NCBI GenBank assembly: GCA_964016885.1
Contig: OZ024743.1
Coordinates: forward strand, 52,204,001 to 52,268,000
Source: Eledone cirrhosa
Taxonomy: Eukaryota
Direction of reading: 5' to 3'
Length of the DNA: 64,000 bases
A program made the translations under genes and the position numbers. Positions 1-10,904 of the stretch are shown piece by piece. The notes beneath the pieces are model-generated. The model saw only the letters and a list, made by a program, of their open reading frames with translations, did no database searches and was not told the DNA's origin. Every line of letters begins with the position of its first letter. The first letter of the stretch is position 1.

Positions 1-324
1 CAGCATTCAGGCAGTAGTATATCATAAAAACAATGTAGATGTTGATAATCTCCACCCAACCTTTGAGGCAAAGCTTTCTCTCTGCCCATTTCTGAGATAG
101 ATTGTGTACCTGTTCATGACTTTCTCTCAAACACATTAACTGGGTTTCCAGTACAATGGTAAAAATTGCCACTGGATGGCATAGACCTGCCTATTCTGAG
201 TTGCAAGCTCCCTGACTTATTCCAGTTAATGCCATCCAGTAACCTACTGGTATTCTTTCAGTATGATACTACCTGCCTCTATTTCTGAAATGTCCAACAC
301 CATTGATGGTAAGCCCAACCATTT

Positions 325-500
325 TGGGGAAGGGGAAGTCGACCAAATTGACCCCAGTGCATTACTGGTACTTTATTTTATCGAACCTGTAAGGATGAAA
401 AGCAAAGCTAATTTTGGCAGGATTTGAACTCAGAACGTAAAGGGACATGCCACAAAGCATGGTGTCCGACGCTCTACTGATGCTGCCAATCCACTGCCCT
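325..500 (-). mobile_element. tRNA-derived SINE, family A (other copies near 1150, 1490, 3225, 4226, 7255, 9340, 25575, 27795, 48100, 58585)
   Basis: Recurrent consensus TCTGAGTTCAAATCCCGCCGAGGTTAACTTTGCCTTTCATCCTTACGGGGTCGATAAAATAAAGTACCAG with a B-box-like GTTCAAATC and an (ATT)n tail. Confidence 0.8.
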
Positions 501-655
501 TAATAATAATAATAATAATTGTTTCTACATTTGGCACAAGGCCAGCAATTATCCCAGTGTATTACTGGTACTTTATTGGGATAATTGCTGGCCTTGTGCC
601 AAATGTAGAAACAATTATTATTATTATTATTAAGGGCAGTGGATTGGCAGCATCA
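478..655. repeat. Inverted duplication: ~79-bp arms (478-556 / 577-655), 20-nt spacer, made of SINE sequence
   Basis: Arms read directly as reverse complements. Confidence 0.9.
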
Positions 656-697
656 TAATAATAATAATAATAATAATAAAAATAAATGTATAGTTAC

Positions 698-767
698 CAT
701 CAATGAGCAAAGGGTTCTGAATATATTTAGATACAATAAGATGTTCATCAAAAGGCACTTGTTCTGG
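698..767 (-). CDS. TTLL5: TTLL5 coding exon 8 (PEQVPFDEHLIVSKYIQNPLLID+G); gene continues beyond window start
   Basis: Polypyrimidine tract plus CTCCAG acceptor, GTAACT donor, 70 nt; VSKYI.NPLLI motif that precedes KFD. Confidence 0.94.
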
Positions 768-1263
768 CTGGAGTTGGAGAAGAAAGAAGATATTTATATA
801 TCAAAACTGTTTGATTTAAAGTATATATATTTTTCTAAAAACCTTTCATAATTTTATGTACTAACCTTTGTTAAGTTATATTCCAAACACCAACTTAATA
901 ATGAGAAAGTTAGTCATATAACTAGATTTCTCCAAATTCTTGAATATTTTCAAAATTATTTGAAAACCATAAACAGTGATTTTTTTATTAGAAATATGAC
1001 AAGAAAAGGGAAGGGTTAAATAATTCTCAAATACCATTCAGATGGTTTTGTGTGTGAAAACATATTTAACCCTCATGATACTTATAACAGTAAGGTTTCC
1101 TGTTTTAAAATGTTCATATGTGATGATGATGGTGATGATAATTTATAATTTAGGCAACAAGTCTAGTAATTTAGAGGAAGGGGAAAGCTGATTGTATCAA
1201 CCCCAGTACGTAACTGGTACTTTATTTTAATAATCCCGGAAGGTACAAGGCCAACAATTTTAA

Positions 1264-1484
1264 CCCTTTAGCATTTAAACTGGCTGTATCCGGCCAGAAT
1301 TTCCTCACCTCTTTCTGTTCAAACTGGCTGTAACCAGCCACTCATACTTATGTTAAGGTATTGTTCTCAAAATAAATATTAGCAAAATCTCATAGATTCG
1401 ATATTACATGAGATAATTATGTGAGGTAAAGCTTTTACTGTGAAAATATAATAGTAAATATAGAGTAATGTAAATGCTAAAGGG
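1264..1484. mobile_element. piggyBac-type MITE, family 1
   Basis: TIR CCCTTTAGCATTTA...TAAATGCTAAAGGG with TTAA/TTGA flanks; five copies in the window. Confidence 0.8.
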
Positions 1485-1720
1485 TTGAGGGAGGGGAAGT
1501 CACTCATATCAAACCAGTTTTTTATTGGTACTTTATTTGATTGACATTGGGAGAATGACAGACAAAGTTATGATAATGGTGATGTAACTCTGTTAACTAA
1601 AAGTTGATCAGTTACATGAAAGAAAACATACAAAAAAACAAAATATAAAAATGAAAAAAGAAGAAACCAAGCAAAAACAGATTGATGTTTGGAGAACTTG
1701 CAAAATTTAAGGCTACTTAC

Positions 1721-1803
1721 ATGACTCACTAGATGTACACCACGACCTCTAGATGAGGCCACGGGTTTAATTATCCAGGGTCCCCTATCTTTACAGAACG
1801 AAC
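1721..1803 (-). CDS. TTLL5: TTLL5 coding exon 7 ([27 protein letters not shown])
   Basis: TTTCAG acceptor, GTAAGT donor, 83 nt; WIxKPxASSRGRG ATP-grasp motif, with KDRGPW typical of TTLL5. Confidence 0.96.
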
Positions 1804-1834
1804 CTGAAATATAATTATAATAATGATAATTATT

Positions 1835-2180
1835 GTGTACAGTACTCAGGTGCACTACAACTCATCAAAGGTACATGTATAGTACATAGAATAATGTACA
1901 AAAGTCAGTCCTGAAAAGAATTTCGAGAAGCATAGAAGTTTTGAAGGATGCAGTTTCCCGACAGCTAACAACTAATGTAGGTAGTTTGTTCCATGCTTCA
2001 GCAACTCTGGGCATGAAAAAATGTTTTTGAAAGTCATGGGAGCTGTACTATTTTCTGATTTTGTAAGCGTATCCACGGGTGTGAGAGATATGGAATTCAA
2101 CAAGGTGCCCAGGGTTGTTGTTGGAAAGATGGTTAATGATCTTGTGGGTGTCTACCAAGTCCTAGCTTTAATGTGTCTAT
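1835..2180 (-). mobile_element. CR1-type LINE 3' fragment (decayed)
   Basis: Minus strand reads TRGYAYKIRK*..HFFMPRVAEAWNKLP..VV..ETASFK, the typical CR1 ORF2 C-terminus. Confidence 0.75.
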
Positions 2181-3566
2181 GCCCAGGGAACCAAGGTGTT
2201 CAGAGTATGGTAGATACAAACTTAACAACCCAGTTACAATACCATTGGACTAGTAAACAACACAGTATTTTTTGTGTATAATATGAGAAATTTTGAACTA
2301 AACATTAAAAATGGGGGCAGAGGATTTGTATTATACATGTGTACATGTTTCCAGAAAGTTTTACTGAGCTCAAAACTACTTATTTCAGTTGACAAGATTG
2401 CACGTGTTGATAAACCTGCTTCTACACACAATGTTAAACATCCAGTTGTTTTACATTCTTTAAAATCATGAAAAACTGAATATTGTTGTGAAATATGGGA
2501 TCCAAACTTTGATGAATAACATGGTATAAGTTTACAAAAATATTTACCTAGACATGGCTCTACCCTACAGTCATATTTTACACAAGGATGTAATTTAATC
2601 GTGCTTTTTTTTTTTAGCTTCAATAACAAGGATCATATACTAATGCTGTACAAAGAAATATGGTAACTACTAGTTATTTTCATATGTTAATATGGTTGAC
2701 TGGGTGTGTAGAATTACATGTTCATTGGAATACAATATAACATCAAACTGTTAATCTGAGTGTAATATATCTTCAAGTTAATGTCACCATAATCATCATC
2801 ATCATTTAATGTGTTTTCCCTGCTAGTAAGGGTTGGATGGTTGTCATAGACCGAGTCACAAGTAAAGCTACTGATATCTCAGATGGACCAGGGGCCCAGC
2901 ATTTGTTTACATACATTCTTTTACTCTACTTAGTGAATTGTATCGTGGCACCATCAATATCTTCATTAGCCTTCCTGTAATTCTACATCTCTTGTGTATC
3001 CATAGGCTACGCTGTGTGCAACTTACAGTGTGCACCTTACAGAATTTCTGCTCAATCCTTTTCAACATATATCAACTTCCCTGATAGCATTAGCTTCCTG
3101 TCCTCTTTTCTACTTATTTAGTCCTTGCTAATATATAACAAAAGTAGGTCAATGTATATATTGTGAAAATACATTAATATATATGATATACAATGAAAGA
3201 GGGTTCATGTATATAATATATAGTTGCTTCTACTTTTGGCACAAGGCCAGCTATTACCCCAGTGCATTACTGGTACTTTATTTTATCGACCCTGTAAGGA
3301 TGAAAGACAAAGTTAACCTCGGCGGGATTTGAACTCAGAATGGCAAGGGCCGTAACTCGAATGGGGGTTAATGTATATATGTTTGTGGGTTAATGTGTAT
3401 AATGTATCCTAGAAGTTGGATATAGGTTAATATTAAAACAATGCCACTTACAACATAGAAAATAAAACACTACTATTTATAACATAACACAATAAAACAA
3501 AAATGCACCTTACAACATAGAAAATATAACAATACCACTTACAACAGAAAATATGAAACAACTTAC

Positions 3567-3633
3567 AACAAAATTCCTGATATTCTGAAGGGATCACAAA
3601 ACTCATGGGAACAAAATTGAAATTCCTGCAGCC
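3567..3633 (-). CDS. TTLL5: TTLL5 coding exon 6 (GCRNFNFVPMSFVIPSEYQEFC)
   Basis: TTCTAG acceptor, GTAAGT donor, 67 nt; F.P.(S/T)F..P.EY motif of the TTL domain. Confidence 0.93.
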
Positions 3634-5532
3634 CTAGAAATACCGAAAGTCACAATAACTTCCAAAAGTGTTCTTTTGTTTTAAGTAGACAACAATCTCT
3701 GATCAATAATTTTCTTCAATCCTTATAAAACATAATTCAATTTTAAACATTTTCTTTTACTAATAAAGTCATTCTACATTTACATATACAAAATTAGAAC
3801 ATGGAAAAGAGATAAAGTGATGTCCCATATCTCCTTTTCTTCAGCATGTTGTGATATTCCATATAAATAATAAATAATTCAGAATGCACATATACAAACC
3901 ATTAAAGTGTCATTTATTTTATTGAGTGGTAATTTCTGTCTACTTAAAATGAAAGATCACCTCATCTTAATTTAAACATAAATATTAGGATCTGTTTAGT
4001 TTTAACTGCTACCAAGACTTCTTGGTGGAAGACTTTTCCTCAAACAACCTCATCAAACAACTCAATCAAACAAACTTCATCAAACAACCTGATCAAACAT
4101 CTTAAAACAACTTTTGCAATAAATTTTCAAACAACTTCATCAAAATATATTTTCATCAAACAACTTGAACAAAACTTTTCATCCAAGCAACTTGTCATCT
4201 AACTACTATTTATTATGTTGTTAATAGTTCAAATCCCGCCGAGGTTAACTTTGCCTTTCATCCTTACGGGGTCGATAAAATAAAGTACCAGTAATGTACT
4301 GGGTAATTGCTGGCCTTGTGCCTAAAGTAGAAACAATTATGTTGTTAATGATGTTATTGTAGTCTTTTTTGTTTTACTTGTGGCTATTGTTATTGTTATT
4401 AATGTTGTGGTTGTTGATATATGTTGTGTGGCATCTGATATTGTTAAGGATGATGTTGCTGCTGTTGTTATTGACCATGTTGTGGTTATTGATGTATTAG
4501 AGAATCTTAAAGATGTTTAACCCAGAATCAATCCTGATAGAGCAGATCTGTGATCAAAAACCTTACAAATCTGACCCTCATCTCATCAGGTTTCCATAAT
4601 AAACCTACATCAATTGTAATGTTGAGTGATCCAATTGTTTGATCAATGGTGTCGTCTACTTGTAAAATGAATGTCAAGTGGCCGAGCATTCTACACACAT
4701 GTATTCTCTTGACATAATTCATAGGGTACAGTATTTTACAAGGCTGTATTACAGGTAAAGTCCATCTTGTGTTATAAGTGACTGAGTATTCCAGAGATAT
4801 GGACCTTTGACAATTTTCAGTACATGATAAGCGTAGTCATTTAAATTACAGATACAATCCATCCAATGGACCTTCAAACAGTTTCCTTCTACCCAGTTTT
4901 ACTCATAAATCTTAGGTGAACTTGAGGCTAGGTAAATGACTCTTGCCTCAAGTTCCATGTGGTCGAATCGAACTTGGGACCTCCAGCCATGCTGCATCCT
5001 TTTTTTTATACGTAGTATGTTTATAGCTACATTTTAAAGACAGTAATGCCAATGAGATTTGAGCTGTTACTACTAGCAAGTTATGTGCAGGTCAGAGGTT
5101 CAATTTCAAGACCAAGTGGCATGTTGTGTCCTTGAGTAAGACACTTCATCTTATGTTGCCCCAGCCCACTCAGCTGAAACAAAAAAAATGAACAGCAGCA
5201 GATGAGAGTTAACCCTACAATAGACTAGCATCCAAACCCCAGGTCTCATACTAACAGCTACACCCAACCATTCATGCTCAGAATGGTGGTCATCTGCAAC
5301 TCTCTCCCTACTAATGTTTTCACATACAAGTGGAGTTGCAACAATTTAACACCAGAACATCAACAGTATTGATTTCTCCAGTCTCAAAGGACCCATGAAG
5401 ACCATGGGCATTGTCCCTTCCTCCAGATAAGTTACACATGGCATTAATCTCTCTGATCTAGGAGGGCCTGTGAAGGCCATGAGCTTTGTCCCTTCTTTCG
5501 AACCTACAAAATTAAAAAATAATTCAACTTAC

Positions 5533-5596
5533 TTTCATTTGTTGCATTCTCTGAACGTTTTTGTACAGTTTATCTTTTCTGGTCAGTTCATAAGAT
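5533..5596 (-). CDS. TTLL5: TTLL5 coding exon 5 (SYELTRKDKLYKNVQRMQQMK)
   Basis: TTATAG acceptor, GTAAGT donor, 64 nt; ELTRKD motif. Confidence 0.95.
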
Positions 5597-6021
5597 CTAT
5601 AAAAGACAGCACACACCTGTACAGAATACTGATGGCTTAAAAAGGCACAAGGACACACATTTGTATAGTTGGAGGTAGTGAAGAGTGGACAATCAATTAT
5701 ATTGTTTTTACAGCTCTGGAGTTCACACCTTTGTAGGCTTAGCTGGCCTCCTATGAGGTAACATCTCGTATACGGTTTCTTGTGAGTTTTAATGATAGTG
5801 GTCCCAGTCCTATCATATTGTTGTTAGAGTTCACACCTATGTAGGTTTAGCTGGCTTCCAATGAGGTTACATCTCATAGGTTCCTTGGTTGTTTTAAAGA
5901 TAGGGACCCCAATCCTATAATGTCAACAATTTTCCAGTGATAGAAGACAGAATTTGAATTCAGAATGTACAGAAAGAAAATAGATACTGTAATGCCCGGA
6001 ACTGGTACTTTATTTGTGTGT

Positions 6022-6063
<42 letters not shown>

Positions 6064-6190
6064 TTCAGAAGTTTGCTTTAGCAACAATGTGATATTGGCT
6101 TCAATCTCATTGACAAACAGACAGACACATGAATAGACAGATCGACAGACAGATGGATGGATGGACAGACAGGTGGACAGACAGGCTTAC

Positions 6191-6297
6191 CTTGGGAAGT
6201 GGTTAATCTTCTGGAAATCAGCCATGTTGCGAAGGGTGAGGGGTTTCAAGTGTCCTCCTGTCCACAATATATTATAATCTGAGTGATTAGAAGTTAC
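6191..6297 (-). CDS. TTLL5: TTLL5 coding exon 4 (VTSNHSDYNILWTGGHLKPLTLRNMADFQKINHFPR)
   Basis: TGGCAG acceptor, GTAAGC donor, 107 nt; TTL-family QKINHFP motif. Confidence 0.95.
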
Positions 6298-6509
6298 CTG
6301 CCAAAAGGAAATGTAGATATGAGATGGATGTGGTGCCCCAGCATGACCACAGTATCATTACTGTAATCAGTAAAAGAATTAAAGAATGTATGTTATAGCT
6401 GCTGCTTAGTCCAAAGTCAACTCTTATCACGTAGAGGTTTTTTTCTCTTTTGTTTCTCTGAATCATCCTAACCCTTTGATACCAAACCACCTGAACCTGA
6501 CCCACATTT

Positions 6510-7124
6510 TCATCATCACCATCATCATTTTACGTCCGCTTTTCCCTGCTTGCAAGGGTGAGACGGGTCTTATTCAGCACAGCATTTCTCCGCTTGTCAT
6601 GGTTCTTCGTCATCTCCACTGTGAGCTTCAGCGATCTGAGGTCAGCTCTCACCACCTCCGCCCATGTTTTTCGTGGTCTTCCTTTACCACATCTTCCTTC
6701 TACTGGGACTTCCTGGCACTTCTTCACCCATCGGTCATCCTCCATGTGCATCACATGTCCATACCACCTCAGTCTCCTCTCTTGCACACTACATTCTATC
6801 CCTCTCAGACACAGTTTCTCTCTCAACACATCCATGCTCGGTCGTCCACGCACATTGACATTGCATATCCAACGGAGCATACTTGCCTCATTTCTCTCAG
6901 GCCGTCACATATCCTCTTCAGTTGCTGCCCATGTCTCACTACCATGCAACATCGCGCTCCTCACACAGGCATCATATAATCAGCCTTTCGTACGCAGGGA
7001 GAAACCCTTCTTTGTCAGCAGAGGAAGCAGTTCCCTAAACTTCTTCCAACCTGTCCTTATTCTAGATACTATGGCCTCGGAACCCCCCCCCCCCCTTCCT
7101 CCCATGCTAATCTGATCACCTAGG
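6510..7124 (-). mobile_element. RTE LINE family 1, 5'-truncated
   Basis: ORF with RRLRWYGHV..GRPRKTW. Closely matches 63170-63720 and has a (GAT)n-type tail. Inserted into a second TTAA-CCCT MITE starting at ~6470. Confidence 0.9.
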
Positions 7125-7354
7125 TTTTATGGCACAAAACTGTTTATTTTAAAGTGTTTAAACTTATTTTAAAATCTTCCGTCATAATTGTATGTAAGAA
7201 CTTTTGTTAGGTTCTAACTTCAGAATTCTATCTAATATTGGCAAACGATCAGCAATCTGAAGAAAGGGGTTAATTATATTGACACCAGTACTTTACTGGT
7301 ACTTTATTTTATCAATCTTGGAAGGATGAAAGGCTAAGTTGACCTCTTTGTCCA

Positions 7355-7600
7355 TGTCTTCCTGTGAGATTTGTAGGAGCAAGTCCTAAGATGTGCCTTC
7401 ATGAGGGTCCTATCCGAAGCAACCATCTTTAATTGATCTGGCTGGATCCCCAAGTGAGACCAAATGAGCTCATGGATGTTATCCAACTATCTTAGTCGTG
7501 GTCAACCTCTAGGTCTCCTACAAGTTGGCTTTGTCCATAAAATCTGTCCAGCAATTTTTTCCTTAGACAATCTAACCATATGTCTATAGCAACTCCCTGA
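7355..7600 (-). mobile_element. Old RTE (Expander-like) 3' fragment
   Basis: Homologous to 36830-37080; degenerate RRPRG..TRW..L.W..LGIQ. Confidence 0.6.
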
Positions 7601-7736
7601 TCTCCAAGCCTTACCTCCTGTTGAGTAATATTACTCCAAATACCCTTTCTTGATTATTTTGAACATGACTTGAAAACCACAAGCAACATCTTTCATTCAA
7701 AATATGATAATGAAAGCATTAAATAAGGTCACTCAC

Positions 7737-7819
7737 CTCATGAAAGCCATGGGCTAGCAATACAGTACGTATTATGCGACTTTCAGTGCTACCAAATTTG
7801 AAGGCCATGTGGAACCGTT
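7737..7819 (-). CDS. TTLL5: TTLL5 coding exon 3 (ERFHMAFKFGSTESRIIRTVLLAHGFHE)
   Basis: TTGTAG acceptor, GTGAGT donor, 83 nt, phase-consistent; AHGFHE motif. Confidence 0.93.
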
Positions 7820-7881
7820 CTACAACAAAAATATAAAGAAATATGACAATTAATTAATATAGAAATATAACAATTAATTAA

Positions 7882-8814
7882 CCCTTTAGCATTTAAACCG
7901 GCTGTATCCGGCCATAATTCTCTCACTTTTTACTGTTCAAACTGGCCATAACTTGCTGCTCATATTGATATTAAATAAATAATATCAAAATCTCATAGAT
8001 TCAATATTATGTGAGATAATTATGTGAGGTAAAGCCTTTACCAAGAATATACAATAGTAAATATAGAGTAATGTAAATGTTATGTGAGGTGTTATGTGAG
8101 GTATTATGTGAGGTAAAGCCTTTACTGTGAAAATACAATAGTATATATAGAGTAATGTAAATGTTATGTGAGATATTATGTGAGGTAAAACCTTTCCTGT
8201 GAAAATACAATAGTATATATAGAGTAATGTAAATGTTTGTAAGATATTATGTGAGGTAAAGCTTTACTGTGAAAATACAATAGTATATATAGAGTAATGT
8301 AAATGTATGTGAGATATTATGTGAGGTAAAGCTTTACTGTGAAAATACAATAGTATATATAGAGTAATGTAAATGTTATGTAAGATATTATGTGAGGTAA
8401 AGCCTTTACTGTGAAAATACAATAGTATATATAGAGTAATGTAAATGTTATGTGAGATATTATGTGAGGTAAAGCCTTTCCTGTGAAAATACAATAGTAT
8501 ATATAGAGTAATGTAAATGTTATGTGAGATATTATGTGAGGTAAAGCTTTACTGTGAAAATATAATAGTATATATAGAGTAATGTAACTGTTATGTGAGA
8601 TATTATGTGAGGTAAAACCTTTACTGTGAAAATACAATAGTATATATAGAGTAATGTAAATGTTATGTGAGATATTATGTGAGGTAAAACCTTTACTGTG
8701 AAAATACAATAGTATATATAGAGTAATGTAAATGTTATGTGAGATATTATGTGAGGTAAAGCCTTTCCTGTGAAAATACAATAGTATATATAGAGTAATG
8801 TAAATGCTAAAGGG
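7882..8814. mobile_element. piggyBac-type MITE family 1 with an internal ~72-bp tandem expansion (~11 copies, ~8005-8805)
   Basis: TTAA-CCCTTTAGCATTTA ... TAAATGCTAAAGGG-TTAA intact. The repeat unit is the right-hand segment of the ~220-bp MITE. Confidence 0.9.
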
Positions 8815-10334
8815 TTAATATAGAAATATAACAATTAATTAATATAGAAATATAACAATTAATTAATATAGAAATAAGTCAATTAATTAACTAATTGACA
8901 ATGGAGTAGAAATTGATTAAAATCTGATGACACATTAGCATAATTAAACTGTATGTGTGCACATGTGTGTCAATGTTTATGTGCATGTGCATGTGCGTGT
9001 GCGTGTGCGTGTGCGTGTGTGTGTGTGTGTGTGTAGAAGATACCACAAGAAAGAACAAAACTAAAGAAAATAAATATATAAAAAAACCAATTAAAAACAA
9101 ACCCAGTATTCACATATTTTTCTATAACTCCATTCGCTCAAGCTTGAGAAACAACCTTAATTCTTTTGACCCAACTCACCTTCAACCACCTCTGATTCTG
9201 TTGAGTGCTGAGGTTGATATAATCGATTTTCCTCTTCCAAAATTACTGGTCATGGCACAATGTTAGAAAGTTGGTTATATTGAACCTAATACATGACTGG
9301 TACTTTATTTTATCGACCTTGCAAGAAATACCATAATATCGGTTTCTTATATAGGCACAAGGCCAGCAATTTTGGGGGAGAGGAAGTCGATTTAATCGAC
9401 TCCAGTGCGTGACTGGTACTTTATTTTATCGACCTTGTAAGGATGAAAGGCAAAGTCAACCTCGACGGGATTTGAACTCAGATCATAAAGGGCCATAATT
9501 TTATGTTGCAAAGCATGTCTGACCCTCTATTGATACTGCCAATCCACCGCCCTGAAATACCATAATATTAATAGGAAAGTGAGTTATTTTACTAAATCCT
9601 TCCTAATTCTTGATTATTTTCAAAATTAATCAAAACACAGGCAATTTCTTTCATGAGAAATATGGTAATGTAAGGACTAGATGTCTACAACAACAAACGT
9701 TTTAAGGCCATTTTCCTTGCTAAATCAAAGGTTGTTAGCTTTGTGGGACACATGACAGCTCTCATACTTATAGGATCCTTTCTGGGGCAATGTCTAACAG
9801 CCAGATGCCCTTCTTGGCACCAATCTAATGAGATGCACGGTCACAGTGTACCTATTTCAAAATGGATACACACAGCCCATCTTAATAATGAAACACTTAG
9901 TAATTTTAATAAATCTCACCAAATTCTTCATGAATCTTTTCATTACCTTACTTCTAATGAAATGCTATGTATTTCAAGTAATTTTGAAAATAAAGAATTT
10001 TTTCATTATTATACTGGTTTTTGGAGCAGGCAGAATAAAGGTTTTTTTATGTAAAAATTATAAAGGAAGGTTTTAGATAAATATAAACATTTTAAAACAA
10101 ACCGTTTTGTATAGTAGAACAAGGGGTGATTTCAAGAGGTTTGGTATCAAAAGGATTAAATTAATGCCTGAAATTTGAACCAGTAAACTCAATGTTTGAG
10201 AAATTAAACAACTTATCCCTAAAGCTGTTATTTAAGGTTAATTATTCCATCAAAGACCACAGCTTACTTTCACAAGTAGCAGTTTCAATTGGTTTGCTAT
10301 TAGAAATATGGTTAGAGAAGAATTAAATACATAC

Positions 10335-10444
10335 CACCAACTTTCTTGTATCTACATTTATTTTGTAAAACTGCTTCCGGATGAAAGATAAGGACTGGGA
10401 TCTTCTTGTTGTAGCCAGTCCATTTGATATTCGGTTTGTCATCA
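10335..10444 (-). CDS. TTLL5: TTLL5 coding exon 2 (DDKPNIKWTGYNKKIPVLIFHPEAVLQNKCRYKKVG)
   Basis: TTACAG acceptor, GTATGT donor, 110 nt. Resembles the vertebrate TTLL5 N-terminal WTG..IPVLVFH segment. Confidence 0.9.
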
Positions 10445-10904
10445 CTGTAACAGGAGATATCACATGGTGAGAGGTGAAGTGTGACATATCAGATTGAGAT
10501 GGTGAAGTGATATAGAGACATGTGGTGATATTGATACTGATATTAGGTTTGTCATCGCTGTAACAGGAGATATCACATGGTGAGAGGTGAAGTGTGAGAT
10601 ATCAGATTGAGATGGTGAAGTGATATAGAGACATGTGGTGATATTGATATTAGATTTGTCATTGTTGTAACAGGAGATATAAAATAGAATTAGGGAGTGG
10701 TGGCGAGGTGTGAGGTGATTTTAGTTTGTCATTGCTGTAACAAGAGATCATCATCACTGTTTTATGTCCATTTTCCACAGTAGTATGGGTTTGACAAGTT
10801 GACCTGTTGTGGGCAATGATAGGTCAGGTGACCATGTCATGTTCATACAGAATTAATTTGGGCTTGGTTTCTACAGCTGGATGCCCTTCCTAACACCAAC
10901 CTCA

